From: Candidatus Latescibacterota bacterium | GTDB taxonomy: Bacteria; Latescibacterota; UBA2968; UBA8231 | Direction of reading: 5' to 3' | Assembly (NCBI GenBank): GCA_965242865.1 | Contig: CBDETK010000013.1 | Span: 352,001 to 416,000 of the forward strand | Length of the DNA stretch: 64,000 nucleotides | Shown here: positions 38,344 through 48,556 of the stretch, one piece after another | Position numbering within the stretch: position 1 is the first letter of the stretch | How the letters are laid out: each line of letters opens with the position of its first letter | Made by a program: the position numbers and the translations under genes | Notes under the pieces: generated by a model | Databases searched by the model: none | Seen by the model: the letters and a program-made list of their open reading frames with translations, nothing else | What the model was told of the DNA's origin: nothing

Positions 38344-41300
38344 TTACTTGCTGGGTCGGCGCAACCCGTATTTCTGTATGCGGTAACGCAGCTTCTCCGG
38401 GCTCATGCCCAATAGTTTGGCCGCGCCCCGATCGCCATAGATCACCCAGTTGGTCGCATGGAGGGCCGCCACAAGCCGCTGCTTTTCATCATCGCCTTCG
38501 GCCAGCGCTGGCACTTCGTCCCCAGCCTCGGTTTGTCGTGCAGGCGGCGCGAGCGGCTTCCTTGCATCCGCGTCGCCGCCGGCTAGTTGCTCATCCGGCG
38601 GCAACGCCAAATCCTCTACTCGCAACACCCCGTCCTCGCACAGCAAGACCCCTCGGTGGAGCCGATGCGCCAACTCCCGGATGTTCCCCGGCCACGAGTG
38701 CGTCTGCAAGTGCTCGATCACCCCCTCGGCGATCGTCGGCATCGGCTGATTTATCTGGTCGGCAAACCACGCCACAAAATTCACGACCAAATCCGGTATA
38801 TCCTCGGGCCGCTTCCGCAGCGGTAGAACCTCTACCGTGAAGTTGTCCAGCCGATAAAACAGGTCTTGGCGGAACGTACCCGCCTGTACGGCCTGTTTCA
38901 GGTCGCGGTTGGTCGCGGCCACGACTCGCACATCCATGGGGACAGGCCGCTCCCCACCGACGCGGGTCAAGCTCTTCTGCTCTAAGACGTGCAGCAGCAC
39001 CTGCTGGGAGTTTAACGGCAAATCGCCGATCTCGTCCAAAAACAGGGTGCCGCGATGGGCCAGTTCAAAGCGGCCGCGTTGGCGAGTATTGGCGCCGGTA
39101 AAGGACCCTTTCTCGTGGCCGAACAACTCGCTCTCGATTAGGTTGGCGGGGATCGCTGCGCAATTGACTTGGATGAAGGGACGGTCGCGGCGGGGGCTGA
39201 GGTCGTGGACGCTCTGCGCCAGCAAGCTCTTGCCGGTGCCAGTCTCGCCCAGCACCAGCACGGTCATATTGGTCCCAGCGACCCGCTCAATCTGTCGCCT
39301 TATCGTTTGCATGTGCCGAGAGCGGCTCGGCACGACCGAGTTGGCAGACAGCAGGGTCTTTTCGAGGATGCGGGTGTGTTCGACTTGGGGGTCGGGCAGG
39401 ACGTGAACGGCCAAACTGACCACCTCGGACGACAGGCCATCCCGGTCCATGGCCTCCACCTCAAAGCAGTAGTCGCCCACCGGCAAAGTGTGATAGACCA
39501 CCGCATCGGCGGCCGTGAACGCGCTCCACTCTTTGGCCGGATCATGGCCTACCAAGCGATGGCGATAGCACAACTGCCGCGCCCCGCTGCGGAAACTAAT
39601 GCCTTGGAAATGAATGCGGATTTCGGGGATGTCCTCTGAGTAGGACACGGCTTCGGGCATAGTAAAAAGGCGACCGGCCTGCACCTCGCGGATCACCAAG
39701 CGCGGCGGCGTGTCCCCGGGCTGATAGGCCACCAACCCAGCCCGCGTCCCAAACCACAGCCGCCCCTGACGGTCGCACAATACGGCCTCGACGATGTTGC
39801 CCAGCACAGACGACCCCAAGCGGATGTTGCGGAACGTCTCGCCATCATAGCAGAGTACGCCCCCACCACTCGTCCCCAGCCAAACGCGCCCCGCCCGGTC
39901 GGCCGTCAGCCCCAAGATGCCATTGGCCATCAGCCCACTATCCTCCGTGGTAAAGTGGCGCACCTGACCCGCCGAGCGGTCGGCAATGAAAAGCCCCTTG
40001 GCCGTGCCCACCCACAAGACGTCTTGGTGTTCCCACAACACATTGACATAGACGATGGTCTCGGACTCGGCCATCTCCACCGGGCCAAACTGCTCGTCCT
40101 TGTACCAGTACAACGCCGGCACTCGACCGAAGAACCCAATCCAGAACACGCCGTTTTGGTCTTGCAGCAGGGCGCGGCACTCCTCGCCGCTCCACTCCTT
40201 AAAGGGGGTGAAGCGGCCAGCCTCGATCCAGCCGAAGTGGCCCTGGAACGTACCGACCCAGATGCGCCCTTGCCCATCTTCGCACAGTCCGGTAATCGCG
40301 TCGCCGTCGGTCTCGGCCGCCACGGCGATCGCCTGCGGCGTTTGCCCGGCCCACTGGTACACTTGGCCCTGTTCGCCCCCGCTCCAGACCTGCCCCTGTC
40401 CATCCACCATCAGCGCCGACACCGAGTCATCCCTAGTGAGCGGCCGGATGCGGCCTTCTTCCATACAGGCCATGCCGCCTATCGTGCCGATCCAGACCCG
40501 CCCGTCGCCGTCTTCTCCCAAGTGGCACACTTCGTGGTCGGGCAGGCCATCCGCTTCGGTGTACAGCCGCATGCTGACTGGATCGCAAAAAACCAACCCG
40601 CCGCCCCAAAGCCCAACCCAGATATTGCCCTCGCGATCCTCGTAGGTCAGGCGCGTATTGGAAAAGTCAAAGTCCAACAGGTGGGTTGCAAAGGGATGCC
40701 ACGTTTGCCCATCGTAGCAGACTACCCCCCGACGCGCCAGCCAGAGCCGGCCCTGCTCGTCCACCCGCACGTGCCGCACGCCCTGCTGCACCACTCGCTC
40801 GGCCTGATGCTCCACCTCAAGGCAGGCGAACTGCTCGGTGTGCGGATCGTAGCGGCCGATCAAGGCTTCGCTCCCCTCGTAGTGGAAGGCGATCCACAGA
40901 GAGCCGGACGGGTCTTGGGCAAATTTCCAAGGCCAGCGCACCGCCCGATCGCCCAGCTCCATGCGTCGGCCATCCAAACTGAGGACGCCTCGGTCCCACG
41001 TCGCCAGCCAAGTGGTGCCGGCCGCGTCTGTGACCCAATCGTACACCCGCCCCAACGGTTGGCCGTCAATGTGGGTTATGCTCCGGGTGCAGCGGCCTTG
41101 GGCAAACCACGCCACGCCCGCGCCGGTCAGCACCAACACCGACCCATCCGGCTGGGCTTGCAGCCCCACGATCTCATTGGACGGCAAGCCGTGCTCGGTG
41201 GTATGCAGCTCAAAGCCGCGCCCGTCGTACGCGGCCAACCCGCCGCCCAACGTGCCGAACAGCAGCCGGTCGTTGTCGTCCTCGGCAATGGCCATGACCG

Positions 41301-41496
41301 TCAGGTTGGGCAGGCCATCGGCGAGGGCAAACGTATCGAACCGAGCGCTGTCGAACCGGCTGACGCCGCCGTCGGCCGTGGCAACCCAGAGGAACCCTTG
41401 GCGGTCTTGGTAGAGGTCTTCAATGTGCATCCCGCAAAGCCCATCAAAGACTGTGTAGTGATACCCCTGCACGTGCTCAAAGGATAGGGCGCTCAT
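38344..41496 (-). CDS. Sigma-54-dependent transcriptional activator (bEBP) with N-terminal Reg_prop beta-propeller and Y_Y_Y sensor
   Basis: Repeated YT.ADGLP...I.ED..G.LW.GT.GG blades; Y_Y_Y-like segment; [48 protein letters not shown]; Fis-type HTH. Start set at MSALSF (41496). Confidence 0.92.
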   Translation of the reverse strand: MSALSFEHVQGYHYTVFDGLCGMHIEDLYQDRQGFLWVATADGGVSRFDSARFDTFALADGLPNLTVMAIAEDDNDRLLFGTLGGGLAAYDGRGFELHTTEHGLPSNEIVGLQAQPDGSVLVLTGAGVAWFAQGRCTRSITHIDGQPLGRVYDWVTDAAGTTWLATWDRGVLSLDGRRMELGDRAVRWPWKFAQDPSGSLWIAFHYEGSEALIGRYDPHTEQFACLEVEHQAERVVQQGVRHVRVDEQGRLWLARRGVVCYDGQTWHPFATHLLDFDFSNTRLTYEDREGNIWVGLWGGGLVFCDPVSMRLYTEADGLPDHEVCHLGEDGDGRVWIGTIGGMACMEEGRIRPLTRDDSVSALMVDGQGQVWSGGEQGQVYQWAGQTPQAIAVAAETDGDAITGLCEDGQGRIWVGTFQGHFGWIEAGRFTPFKEWSGEECRALLQDQNGVFWIGFFGRVPALYWYKDEQFGPVEMAESETIVYVNVLWEHQDVLWVGTAKGLFIADRSAGQVRHFTTEDSGLMANGILGLTADRAGRVWLGTSGGGVLCYDGETFRNIRLGSSVLGNIVEAVLCDRQGRLWFGTRAGLVAYQPGDTPPRLVIREVQAGRLFTMPEAVSYSEDIPEIRIHFQGISFRSGARQLCYRHRLVGHDPAKEWSAFTAADAVVYHTLPVGDYCFEVEAMDRDGLSSEVVSLAVHVLPDPQVEHTRILEKTLLSANSVVPSRSRHMQTIRRQIERVAGTNMTVLVLGETGTGKSLLAQSVHDLSPRRDRPFIQVNCAAIPANLIESELFGHEKGSFTGANTRQRGRFELAHRGTLFLDEIGDLPLNSQQVLLHVLEQKSLTRVGGERPVPMDVRVVAATNRDLKQAVQAGTFRQDLFYRLDNFTVEVLPLRKRPEDIPDLVVNFVAWFADQINQPMPTIAEGVIEHLQTHSWPGNIRELAHRLHRGVLLCEDGVLRVEDLALPPDEQLAGGDADARKPLAPPARQTEAGDEVPALAEGDDEKQRLVAALHATNWVIYGDRGAAKLLGMSPEKLRYRIQKYGLRRPSK

Positions 41497-41592
41497 CGTC
41501 GGCCTTTCGGCGATTGGGAGGGAGGTCTTTCCCGGAAGTGGGAAGGAGAAGGAACGCCTAAGATACGACAACCGCCGCCCGAAAACTACCCG

Positions 41593-42930
41593 TCAGTCGG
41601 CCGCGACCAATTGCTGGGCCAAGGATCCTTCTCGCGTCAGGGCGTACACCACCACATTCACCCCCAAATTATAGGCCGACATTTCATCGACGCCGGAATG
41701 AAAAAACGGAGTGTTGCTTATGTTGTTCCGCGCCCCCTCATCCCGGGTCCGCTCGGCGGTTCCCGCCCAAAAATCCGCGTATCCGCGCATCGAATACACC
41801 CCGACCAACTGCTCGCCGACCACAATGCCCTCCAAATAATCCGGGGTGAGCGGGGGGGATTCGCCGCCGGTGGTAAAGTGCATATCGCGCATTCCGCGCG
41901 GCAGGCTTTCGACATCGTAGAAGCTGTGGTAGAGCGGGTGCGTGGTCGCTAAGCGGATAAACTGCCAGTCCTTCCACTCTTGATGGCCGACCGCTTGGAA
42001 GCTGGCCCGAATCAGGGAACGCACCGCCGGAATGTCCAAATCGGCGTCGCTGTAATTGGGCCGCAACGGGCGGACAATCTCCGCAAACAGGAAGCCGCCC
42101 GCAGTCAGATAGGCCCCGAGATTGGCCGCTTCCGCCGCGGTAAACTCAAAGGGCGAGTTGGCCGTAAACAGCACAAAGGGCACCTGCGAAAGCTGGGGAT
42201 CGTCGAGCCGAATCGCGTCGCGGACCTCGACGTGAACCTGCGTCGTGGCGACCATTTTATTGGCCAATCCGTGCAGCATCTGTTTTTCGGCTACTTGGCG
42301 CGTCTGAAGAAATAGGCGCGCCGCTGAGTGGGTGTTTTCCTGTTCAGCCCGTTCGATGGACGGGCTATACACACTGGACAAATAGAGAAAGCCTTTGAGC
42401 TCGCGCCGGTCTTGGGGATCCATCACCACCAGCGCCCGGTGCCGGCCGGTGTCCATGGCCTGCACGTCCATCAGCTCTAGGCCCAAGTCGATCTCGTCGG
42501 CCCCCTGCCGCGTCCCTTCTAACGCCCCCGCCCGCAGCTGCGGACCAATGTGCCGAGCCGGGAAGTCTGGCACCGGCAGCACCAGCCGGTCGGGCAGCGA
42601 CGCCATCGGCAACCGGAGCGACGACGACTTGAACATCGGCAGGGGGCGCATGGCCGAGGGCGCTGGTCGCACCGCGGCGACCGGGGCCGCTTGCAGGGCG
42701 GGGCGGCGCACCAACGGACGCTGCCGGGGGCGTTGCCGACGGGTCAGGGTGCGCTGCGGCGGCGGACGCTTGATAAACTCCACCATGATCGGCTGTAGGA
42801 CGGGGAATTGGCGGATCGGCTCGCGGTGCGTGATGCCGAAGATCACCAACAGATGCAAGGCCAGCGACGCCGCCAAGCAGCCTTGCAGCGTTCTGTTTTT
42901 GCACAGCGGAACTTTCCACGGCCGTCTCAT
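41593..42930 (-). CDS. DUF4159-like protein with N-terminal TM anchor and Pro-rich linker
   Basis: SLALHLLVI TonB-like anchor; FTAAEAANLGAYLTAGGFLF, HPLYHSFYD and GVNVVVYALT motifs. Confidence 0.7.
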   Translation of the reverse strand: MRRPWKVPLCKNRTLQGCLAASLALHLLVIFGITHREPIRQFPVLQPIMVEFIKRPPPQRTLTRRQRPRQRPLVRRPALQAAPVAAVRPAPSAMRPLPMFKSSSLRLPMASLPDRLVLPVPDFPARHIGPQLRAGALEGTRQGADEIDLGLELMDVQAMDTGRHRALVVMDPQDRRELKGFLYLSSVYSPSIERAEQENTHSAARLFLQTRQVAEKQMLHGLANKMVATTQVHVEVRDAIRLDDPQLSQVPFVLFTANSPFEFTAAEAANLGAYLTAGGFLFAEIVRPLRPNYSDADLDIPAVRSLIRASFQAVGHQEWKDWQFIRLATTHPLYHSFYDVESLPRGMRDMHFTTGGESPPLTPDYLEGIVVGEQLVGVYSMRGYADFWAGTAERTRDEGARNNISNTPFFHSGVDEMSAYNLGVNVVVYALTREGSLAQQLVAAD

Positions 42931-42951
42931 CGGCTCCCATCCCTTCGCAAC

Positions 42952-43004
42952 GGATTAAACCGGAGTAAATCCAGTAAATGCTTAGAAGCGTTCTTAACAC
43001 TCAT
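42952..43004 (-). pseudogene. 5' relic of the CxxC membrane-protein gene
   Basis: GGATTAAACCGGAGTAAATCCAGTA identical to 32891-32915 (YWIYSGLI). Confidence 0.65.
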
Positions 43005-43040
43005 GTTGCTTTTGGCTCGTCTTGCCTGACGCCTCTAGAT

Positions 43041-43066
43041 GTCATTCCCGCGAACGCGGGAATCCA
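43041..43066. repeat. REP-like palindrome
   Basis: GTCATTCCCGCGAACGCGGGAATCCA, followed by the same AAAGGACCAAGCCGAA flank as the 15028 copy. Confidence 0.7.
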
Positions 43067-43097
43067 GCAAAGGACCAAGCCGAATCACTAGCTCAAC

Positions 43098-45323
43098 TTA
43101 CGGCAGCTTGGTCGTCTTTTTCGCTTCCACCCGTCCGTCCATCTCGACGCGATAGATGTACACGCCCGCGGCCACGTCTTTACCCGCCTCGTCGCGACCA
43201 TCCCATACAAACCGATGGCTGCCCGCCCTCAGCGGCCCCTCCCACACCTGTCGCACCCGACGACCCAACACGTCATGCACCGTCAGCGACACCCCCGCCG
43301 CGTCCGTCGCCAAATCAAGGGGAATCACCACCGCCGGATTGAACGGATTGGGATAGCTGTCGCCCAGCCGATGTTGCACCGGACGCACATCCGCCAGCGT
43401 CTGCACGGCTGTCGCCTGAGCCGCGACCAAATTCTCGAGCACATATACCCCGTCGGCCGTATGCCCCTCCTCCGAACGATGGCTCAACACGACCAAGTCC
43501 AAGTCGCCATCGCCGTCCACATCTCCAGCCAGCACCTCGCTGCCACTGCCGACCAGCCGATGCCGCTCCACCTCCTTCGCCGGATTAAGGCCCCCGCCCC
43601 ACTCAACGAACACCCCAAACCCCGACGCCCGGTCGCCGCCGATGAACACCCAGTCGTCCGCGCCATCGGCATTCAAGTCGCGCACCACCACCGGCGAGCG
43701 TAGCCACAGCCGCTCGTCATACAGCACCGCCGATTCGACCCCTCCGCCGGCGTCCTGTCGCTGCATCACTAGCCCCTTGACGCCTTCGTTTACGAGGCGT
43801 ATGAACGCCGTGAGCAAATCCACCTGCCCATCGCCATCAAAATCGCCCGCTCGGAACACAGGCCCGGCCAGATTGATCTCAAAAGTGCCGAGGTCGGTCT
43901 GTATAACGGGATTCTCCATGGCGAATTCCATAGCGCCCACTCGGAACACAGGCTTATACGTCTCAAACTCGACGAACTCGTCCCCTTGCAGATCGGCCCC
44001 CAAACCAGCCACCAAGCGCGTGTCCCCCCGGCCGGCGATGGGTTCCCACAACACCTCCAGCCGCCCATCGCCGGTAAAGTCGCCGATCTGAGTGGCTACG
44101 TGGTTGTTGGCGACCGCCACCTCAGAGGACGACCACGCGCCGTTCTCTACATCCCAGACCTCTAACGTGCTGCCCGCAAACGTGGTCTTTCCGACAAATA
44201 GCTCGACCGCGCCGTCGCCATCCCAATCGGCCAAGTCCCGCAGAAAGCGATCCGGGATTTCCGCGAGCACCTCGATTTGGAGTTCCGGCCCCACCGACCA
44301 AACCGCGGTCGCTACTTCACTCGTTCTAGAGAGCACGATCTCGTCGTGGCCATCGCCGGTCAAATCGCCGGCCAGCACCGCAAGGCCCACCTTTTCGGGC
44401 AGATCATCCGGGCCGATCTCGGCCGTACTAACAACCTCCTCTAGGCGCACGGTCTTAAAGACCCCCCGGCCGTCGTTGAGGGCCATCACCCAGCCGCTTG
44501 ACGGCGCGCCCCCCTCGTCCCAATAGTCATAGACCGCGAACAGGTCTAAGTCGCCGTCACCTTCCAAGTCCGTCAAGACGCCGTATCCACCGTCGCGGCC
44601 TCCCCCTAAGCCCCGCGTGATCGGATGGAAAACTGGCGGTGCAAAGTGCTTGGCCCCCTCAAAGCGGACATACTCTACGTAAGGAGGGGCTAATTCCCCC
44701 TGTAACAACTCTTCAACCCCGGTCAACTCGATCCAGTCGATCTCAAACACCCCCACCACATCGCTCACCGGCCGGGGGGGCAGAGTTATATCTTCTATCG
44801 AATCCAAGCCAAAACTGAGCCGAATATCCTTTAACAACCCCTCCCATCGGATTTCGTCTTGGCCAATAAGGGAGAACTCCACTTCCTGCCACTCGGTGGT
44901 GTAAACGAAGTTCGGGGGGCCTCCTGAGAGTGCAAACCGGCTCTCGGGGCCGCCAGAATTTGCAAGGTTGTGCTCGTTGGTCCATTGGAGCCTGCAATAC
45001 CCTACCGTAGGACGATGATGAACGGTGCGGAAGCGAACCCGTACCCGGTCAAACAGGCTCGAATCATAGCCGAGGGTAGAAGAAATCACCTCGACACTCG
45101 GCGCAGGATTTGACTGCCTAGCCACGGAGGGCAAGACATCAATCTGCCACACACCATCTTCGACCCCCCCCGGAAACAGGTCCGCTTCAAACGAACCACC
45201 CCATGCGAGCGCTCTTTTGGCAGCCCACCCTTGCGTCGTCCCATCGTCGAACTCCCACCGAATCGCCGCGGCGGGATCGTTCCACAGCGCAACAGCGACG
45301 ACAACGGCCAATAGCAACGTCAT
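43098..45323 (-). CDS. Secreted FG-GAP/VCBS + FlgD-Ig protein (paralogue 8, clade C)
   Basis: KRALAWGG, FEGAKHFAPP and SEEGHTADGVYVLEN clade markers; ATG at 45323. Confidence 0.88.
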   Translation of the reverse strand: MTLLLAVVVAVALWNDPAAAIRWEFDDGTTQGWAAKRALAWGGSFEADLFPGGVEDGVWQIDVLPSVARQSNPAPSVEVISSTLGYDSSLFDRVRVRFRTVHHRPTVGYCRLQWTNEHNLANSGGPESRFALSGGPPNFVYTTEWQEVEFSLIGQDEIRWEGLLKDIRLSFGLDSIEDITLPPRPVSDVVGVFEIDWIELTGVEELLQGELAPPYVEYVRFEGAKHFAPPVFHPITRGLGGGRDGGYGVLTDLEGDGDLDLFAVYDYWDEGGAPSSGWVMALNDGRGVFKTVRLEEVVSTAEIGPDDLPEKVGLAVLAGDLTGDGHDEIVLSRTSEVATAVWSVGPELQIEVLAEIPDRFLRDLADWDGDGAVELFVGKTTFAGSTLEVWDVENGAWSSSEVAVANNHVATQIGDFTGDGRLEVLWEPIAGRGDTRLVAGLGADLQGDEFVEFETYKPVFRVGAMEFAMENPVIQTDLGTFEINLAGPVFRAGDFDGDGQVDLLTAFIRLVNEGVKGLVMQRQDAGGGVESAVLYDERLWLRSPVVVRDLNADGADDWVFIGGDRASGFGVFVEWGGGLNPAKEVERHRLVGSGSEVLAGDVDGDGDLDLVVLSHRSEEGHTADGVYVLENLVAAQATAVQTLADVRPVQHRLGDSYPNPFNPAVVIPLDLATDAAGVSLTVHDVLGRRVRQVWEGPLRAGSHRFVWDGRDEAGKDVAAGVYIYRVEMDGRVEAKKTTKLP

Positions 45324-45373
45324 AGTATAATTCCTTTCCAACAGTAGCGTCTCTGGGGAGTTGAGAGGAGAGG

Positions 45374-45410
45374 AGGGGCTGACTTAATCGCTACTATTAA
45401 GCCAGCCCCT
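45374..45410 (-). terminator. Stem-loop downstream of peptide gene
   Basis: AGGGGCUGGCUUAAU-loop-AUUAAGUCAGCCCCU. Confidence 0.6.
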
Positions 45411-45468
45411 TAGCACCGTAACCTGAGAAGCAGCCCCATAGCCATTTATCAACAACTTAGGTATTATC

Positions 45469-45759
45469 TCAGGGGCAGGAAGTGGAGGAGCACCAGCAAG
45501 CTATTCTAGAATAGCTGCAATCCGGGGCCCTTTTGTGGGTGCAGTACCGGTAGCCCTCGTCCGTATCCCCCTCTGCACAGTTGGCACTCGTACTGCAGGT
45601 GGTCCAAGTGCGAGGGCACTGGCTGTCGGCTTTCGCTTCCTTGGCCCCGAGCAGGACGGTGATCCCCGTCAGGACGCTGATGACCCAACCGAGGGCCAAA
45701 CCCTGCCGAGCCGGTGCCAACCCGCTCGACGACGCGAAAAACTCCCGCAATTTCTGCAT
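45469..45759 (-). CDS. Cys-rich secreted peptide precursor (type III, 8 Cys)
   Basis: Conserved leader; core DSQCPRTWTTC...CWCSSTSCP. Confidence 0.85.
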   Translation of the reverse strand: MQKLREFFASSSGLAPARQGLALGWVISVLTGITVLLGAKEAKADSQCPRTWTTCSTSANCAEGDTDEGYRYCTHKRAPDCSYSRIACWCSSTSCP

Positions 45760-45898
45760 GATTCTCGTCTCCTACGTTGCCCAGTACGCCGGCGGCCCGA
45801 TACCGCTACGGCACTGGAAGTGAGGGTTGAAAAACAGCCGATATGAGTTCGCGTCCCCTCCTTTCTTTTTAATCGGCCTTGCTTCTACGGATTATATA

Positions 45899-45914
45899 AG
45901 CAAATTGCGTGCCA
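45899..45914 (-). promoter_or_regulatory. Sigma-54 promoter, copy C
   Basis: TGGCACGCAATTTGCT. Confidence 0.88.
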
Positions 45915-46033
45915 AAAAGCAGGGCATGCACAAAAAAATCCTTTAGGATTGCCCTAAAGGATTGAAAATATGAGACTTAAAATAATGGACGCGGCTTCTT
46001 ATGAGCGGCAGCCTCAGCCCGTGGTGCACGGCT

Positions 46034-46112
46034 TTACACGATTTTCCGTGGATTCTACACGATTTTCCGTGGACTGTACACGATTTTCCGTGGATTCTAC
46101 GCGACTTTCCCT
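46034..46112. promoter_or_regulatory. Four 21-bp palindromic repeats, putative UAS, copy C
   Basis: Cores at 46037, 46058, 46079 and 46100. Confidence 0.7.
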
Positions 46113-46158
46113 TTGGGCTGTCGCGCCGCCAAGATAGGTGCTCAATGGCTGGAGTACG

Positions 46159-46296
46159 TAAGTACGCGGCACCTACTTTGATTCCGCCTTTTCTGGTATT
46201 CCCACCGCGTCTGGGATCGAGGGCGTCCCGCCCTTGACGTGACGAGGGCAAGACGCCCTCGATCCTTAGGAAGGTGGGGGCTGATGTCGTGTAGTA
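46159..46296. mobile_element. MITE/REPIN-like element, copy 2
   Basis: Homologous to 11954..12086; GGATCGAGGGCGTC...GACGCCCTCGATCC inverted repeat. Confidence 0.55.
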
Positions 46297-46412
46297 AGGA
46301 CCGGAAGTAATTCAGTATCAGTATAATGGACGGTTAGATGGATGGTTAGGCTGTCTCATGCCGTTTCATCCTCGTTCGCGTCAAATAGCTCATAGCTCAA
46401 AAGACGGGCCGT

Positions 46413-48518
46413 TTACGGCAGCTTGGTCGTCTTTTTCGCTTCCACCCGGCCTTCGATTTCGACGCGATAGATATACACCCCAGCGGCCACGTCTTTACCC
46501 GCCTCGTCGCGCCCATCCCATACCAACCGATGGCTGCCCGCCCCCAGCGGCCCCTCCCACACCTGTCGCACCCGACGACCCAACACGTCATGCACTCGCA
46601 ACGACACCACCGCGTCCGTCGCCAAATCAAGGGGCAGCACCACCGCCGGATTGAACGGATTGGGATAGCTGTCGCCCAGCCGGTATTGCGCCGGCCGCGC
46701 ATCCGCCGACATCTGCACGGCCGTCGGCGGCGCACCCAGCGAATTTTTGAGGACATGCACTCCCCCCAAGATCGGATCCAACACCACCAAATCCTCATCG
46801 CCATCGCCGTCCATATCCCCGGACAGCACATGGGTCGCACTGCCGGTCAGCCGGTGACGCTCCCCGTCTTGGGTCGGCTTGACGCTCCCGCCCCATTCGA
46901 CGAACACCCCAAAGCCCGAAGCGCGGTCTCCGCCGATAAACACCCAGTCGTCGATCCCATCGGCGTTGAGATCGCGCATCAGCACCGGCGAGCGTCGAAA
47001 CAGCCGATCATCATACAGCACCGCTTCTGCGCCGCCAGTGCTCTGGCTCCGCCAGACGAGCCCCTTACTCCCTTCAAAGCGATCGCGTGTGAACTCAGTG
47101 AGTACATCCACCTGCCCATCGCCATCAAAATCGCCGACCCCTAACAGCGGCTTCCAAGCCTCGAATTCAAAGACCTCGTTTCGCTGAAACTCATCGTCCA
47201 AGGCTTCCACACTCCACGTGTTCGCCTGCCCGATGATCGGTATCCACACCACGTCAAGCACCCCATCACCGGTAACGTCGCCAACCCGATGGGACACATG
47301 GTGTTGAGCCGAGGCCACCTCCTCGGCCGTCCACACACCTTGTTCCACATCCCAGACCTCTAAGGTGCTCCCCTCAACAAACAGTTCGACCCGGCCATCG
47401 CCATCCCAATCCGCGGCATCCACGATATCTCGATCCTCGATTTGCACCAGCACCTCCACTTGGAGGTCCGGGCCGATAGACCACACTTCTACGGCCTCTC
47501 CCCCCCCGACACTCGCATACAGCACGATTTCGTCTCGACCATCGCCGGTCAAGTCCGCCCCCAGCGCATTTAAGAGCACCCCAGAGACGGTTATCCTTCC
47601 AGTTACCGCATCGGTACTAAGCAGCCTTGCGGCCACTACTTCCTCTATGCGCCCCAGTTCCAAGACCCCGTGTCCGTCGTTGAGGGCCATCAGCCAGCCC
47701 ACTTGATGCCCCGGCTGATCCGCTTCCTCGTGCGGGAAACTCCAGACAGCGAACAGGTCTAGGTCGCCATCGCCCTCCAAGTCCGTCAAGACACCCTGCT
47801 GCGCTCCTCCAGAGCCTTCGCCGTGCCCAATGCCCGGCGCAATCGGATAGAACACTGGCGGCGCAAAAAGCCCCGCCGCATCCCAACGAAGATACTCTAC
47901 CAGCGGCGGCGGCCGTTCCCCCTGTAGCAACTCTTCCACGCCGGTCAACTCGATCCAATCGATCTCGAACCACTCAACCACATCGGACGCCGATTCAACT
48001 TCCGAATCCAAGTTAAAACCGAGCCGAATATCTTTTAACAGGCCCTCCCATCTCTTCTCGTCGCGACCGGCCAAGACAAGCACCACTTCCTGCCACTCGG
48101 TCGTATAGACTATATCTTGGGCGAAAATTGCAAACGCATGATCCCAACCTGAGGGCAGGGCGTTGTGCTCACTGGTCCAAGCGACCGAAAAATTACCGAT
48201 TGTAGGGCGGTGATGGACGGTGCGGCAGCGGATGCGAACGTGGTCGAACAGACCCGAATCATACCCGATGGTCGGCGAAATCAACTCGACCATCGGATTG
48301 GAGTAGTTCCCCTTGGTGACGGCCGGATCGACCTCGATCCGCCACACGCTATCTTCAACCCCCCCCGGAAACTGGTGAAATTCAAGCGAACCACCCCATG
48401 TAGCAGCTTCTTTGGCGGACCACCCTTGCGTCGTCCCATCGTCAAACTCCCACTTGATCGCCGTGGCGGGACCGTCCCACAGCACAATACCGACGACAAC
48501 GGCGAATAGCAGCATCAT
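46413..48518 (-). CDS. Secreted FG-GAP/VCBS + FlgD-Ig protein (paralogue 9, clade B)
   Basis: Same architecture; KGNY and ASAQHH markers. Confidence 0.88.
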   Translation of the reverse strand: MMLLFAVVVGIVLWDGPATAIKWEFDDGTTQGWSAKEAATWGGSLEFHQFPGGVEDSVWRIEVDPAVTKGNYSNPMVELISPTIGYDSGLFDHVRIRCRTVHHRPTIGNFSVAWTSEHNALPSGWDHAFAIFAQDIVYTTEWQEVVLVLAGRDEKRWEGLLKDIRLGFNLDSEVESASDVVEWFEIDWIELTGVEELLQGERPPPLVEYLRWDAAGLFAPPVFYPIAPGIGHGEGSGGAQQGVLTDLEGDGDLDLFAVWSFPHEEADQPGHQVGWLMALNDGHGVLELGRIEEVVAARLLSTDAVTGRITVSGVLLNALGADLTGDGRDEIVLYASVGGGEAVEVWSIGPDLQVEVLVQIEDRDIVDAADWDGDGRVELFVEGSTLEVWDVEQGVWTAEEVASAQHHVSHRVGDVTGDGVLDVVWIPIIGQANTWSVEALDDEFQRNEVFEFEAWKPLLGVGDFDGDGQVDVLTEFTRDRFEGSKGLVWRSQSTGGAEAVLYDDRLFRRSPVLMRDLNADGIDDWVFIGGDRASGFGVFVEWGGSVKPTQDGERHRLTGSATHVLSGDMDGDGDEDLVVLDPILGGVHVLKNSLGAPPTAVQMSADARPAQYRLGDSYPNPFNPAVVLPLDLATDAVVSLRVHDVLGRRVRQVWEGPLGAGSHRLVWDGRDEAGKDVAAGVYIYRVEIEGRVEAKKTTKLP

Positions 48519-48556
48519 AGCCTAGCTCCTTGCAACAGGCATAAAAGAAGGTCCGC

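Noticed and set aside
39955-41487. 510-aa plus-strand ORF and the many recurring antisense ORFs inside FG-GAP genes
   Set aside because: These are shadow frames of GC-rich coding sequence with no recognisable motifs; they recur only because the sense genes are paralogous.
42365-43000. 211-aa ORF overlapping the DUF4159 gene
   Set aside because: Only its first ~16 codons are a relic of the CxxC gene; the remainder is an alternate frame of DUF4159.
45943-46251. 102-aa ORF duplicated at 53627..53935
   Set aside because: It spans the MITE-like element and the UAS repeats; the HGKSC repeat is just translation of the 21-bp regulatory repeats.
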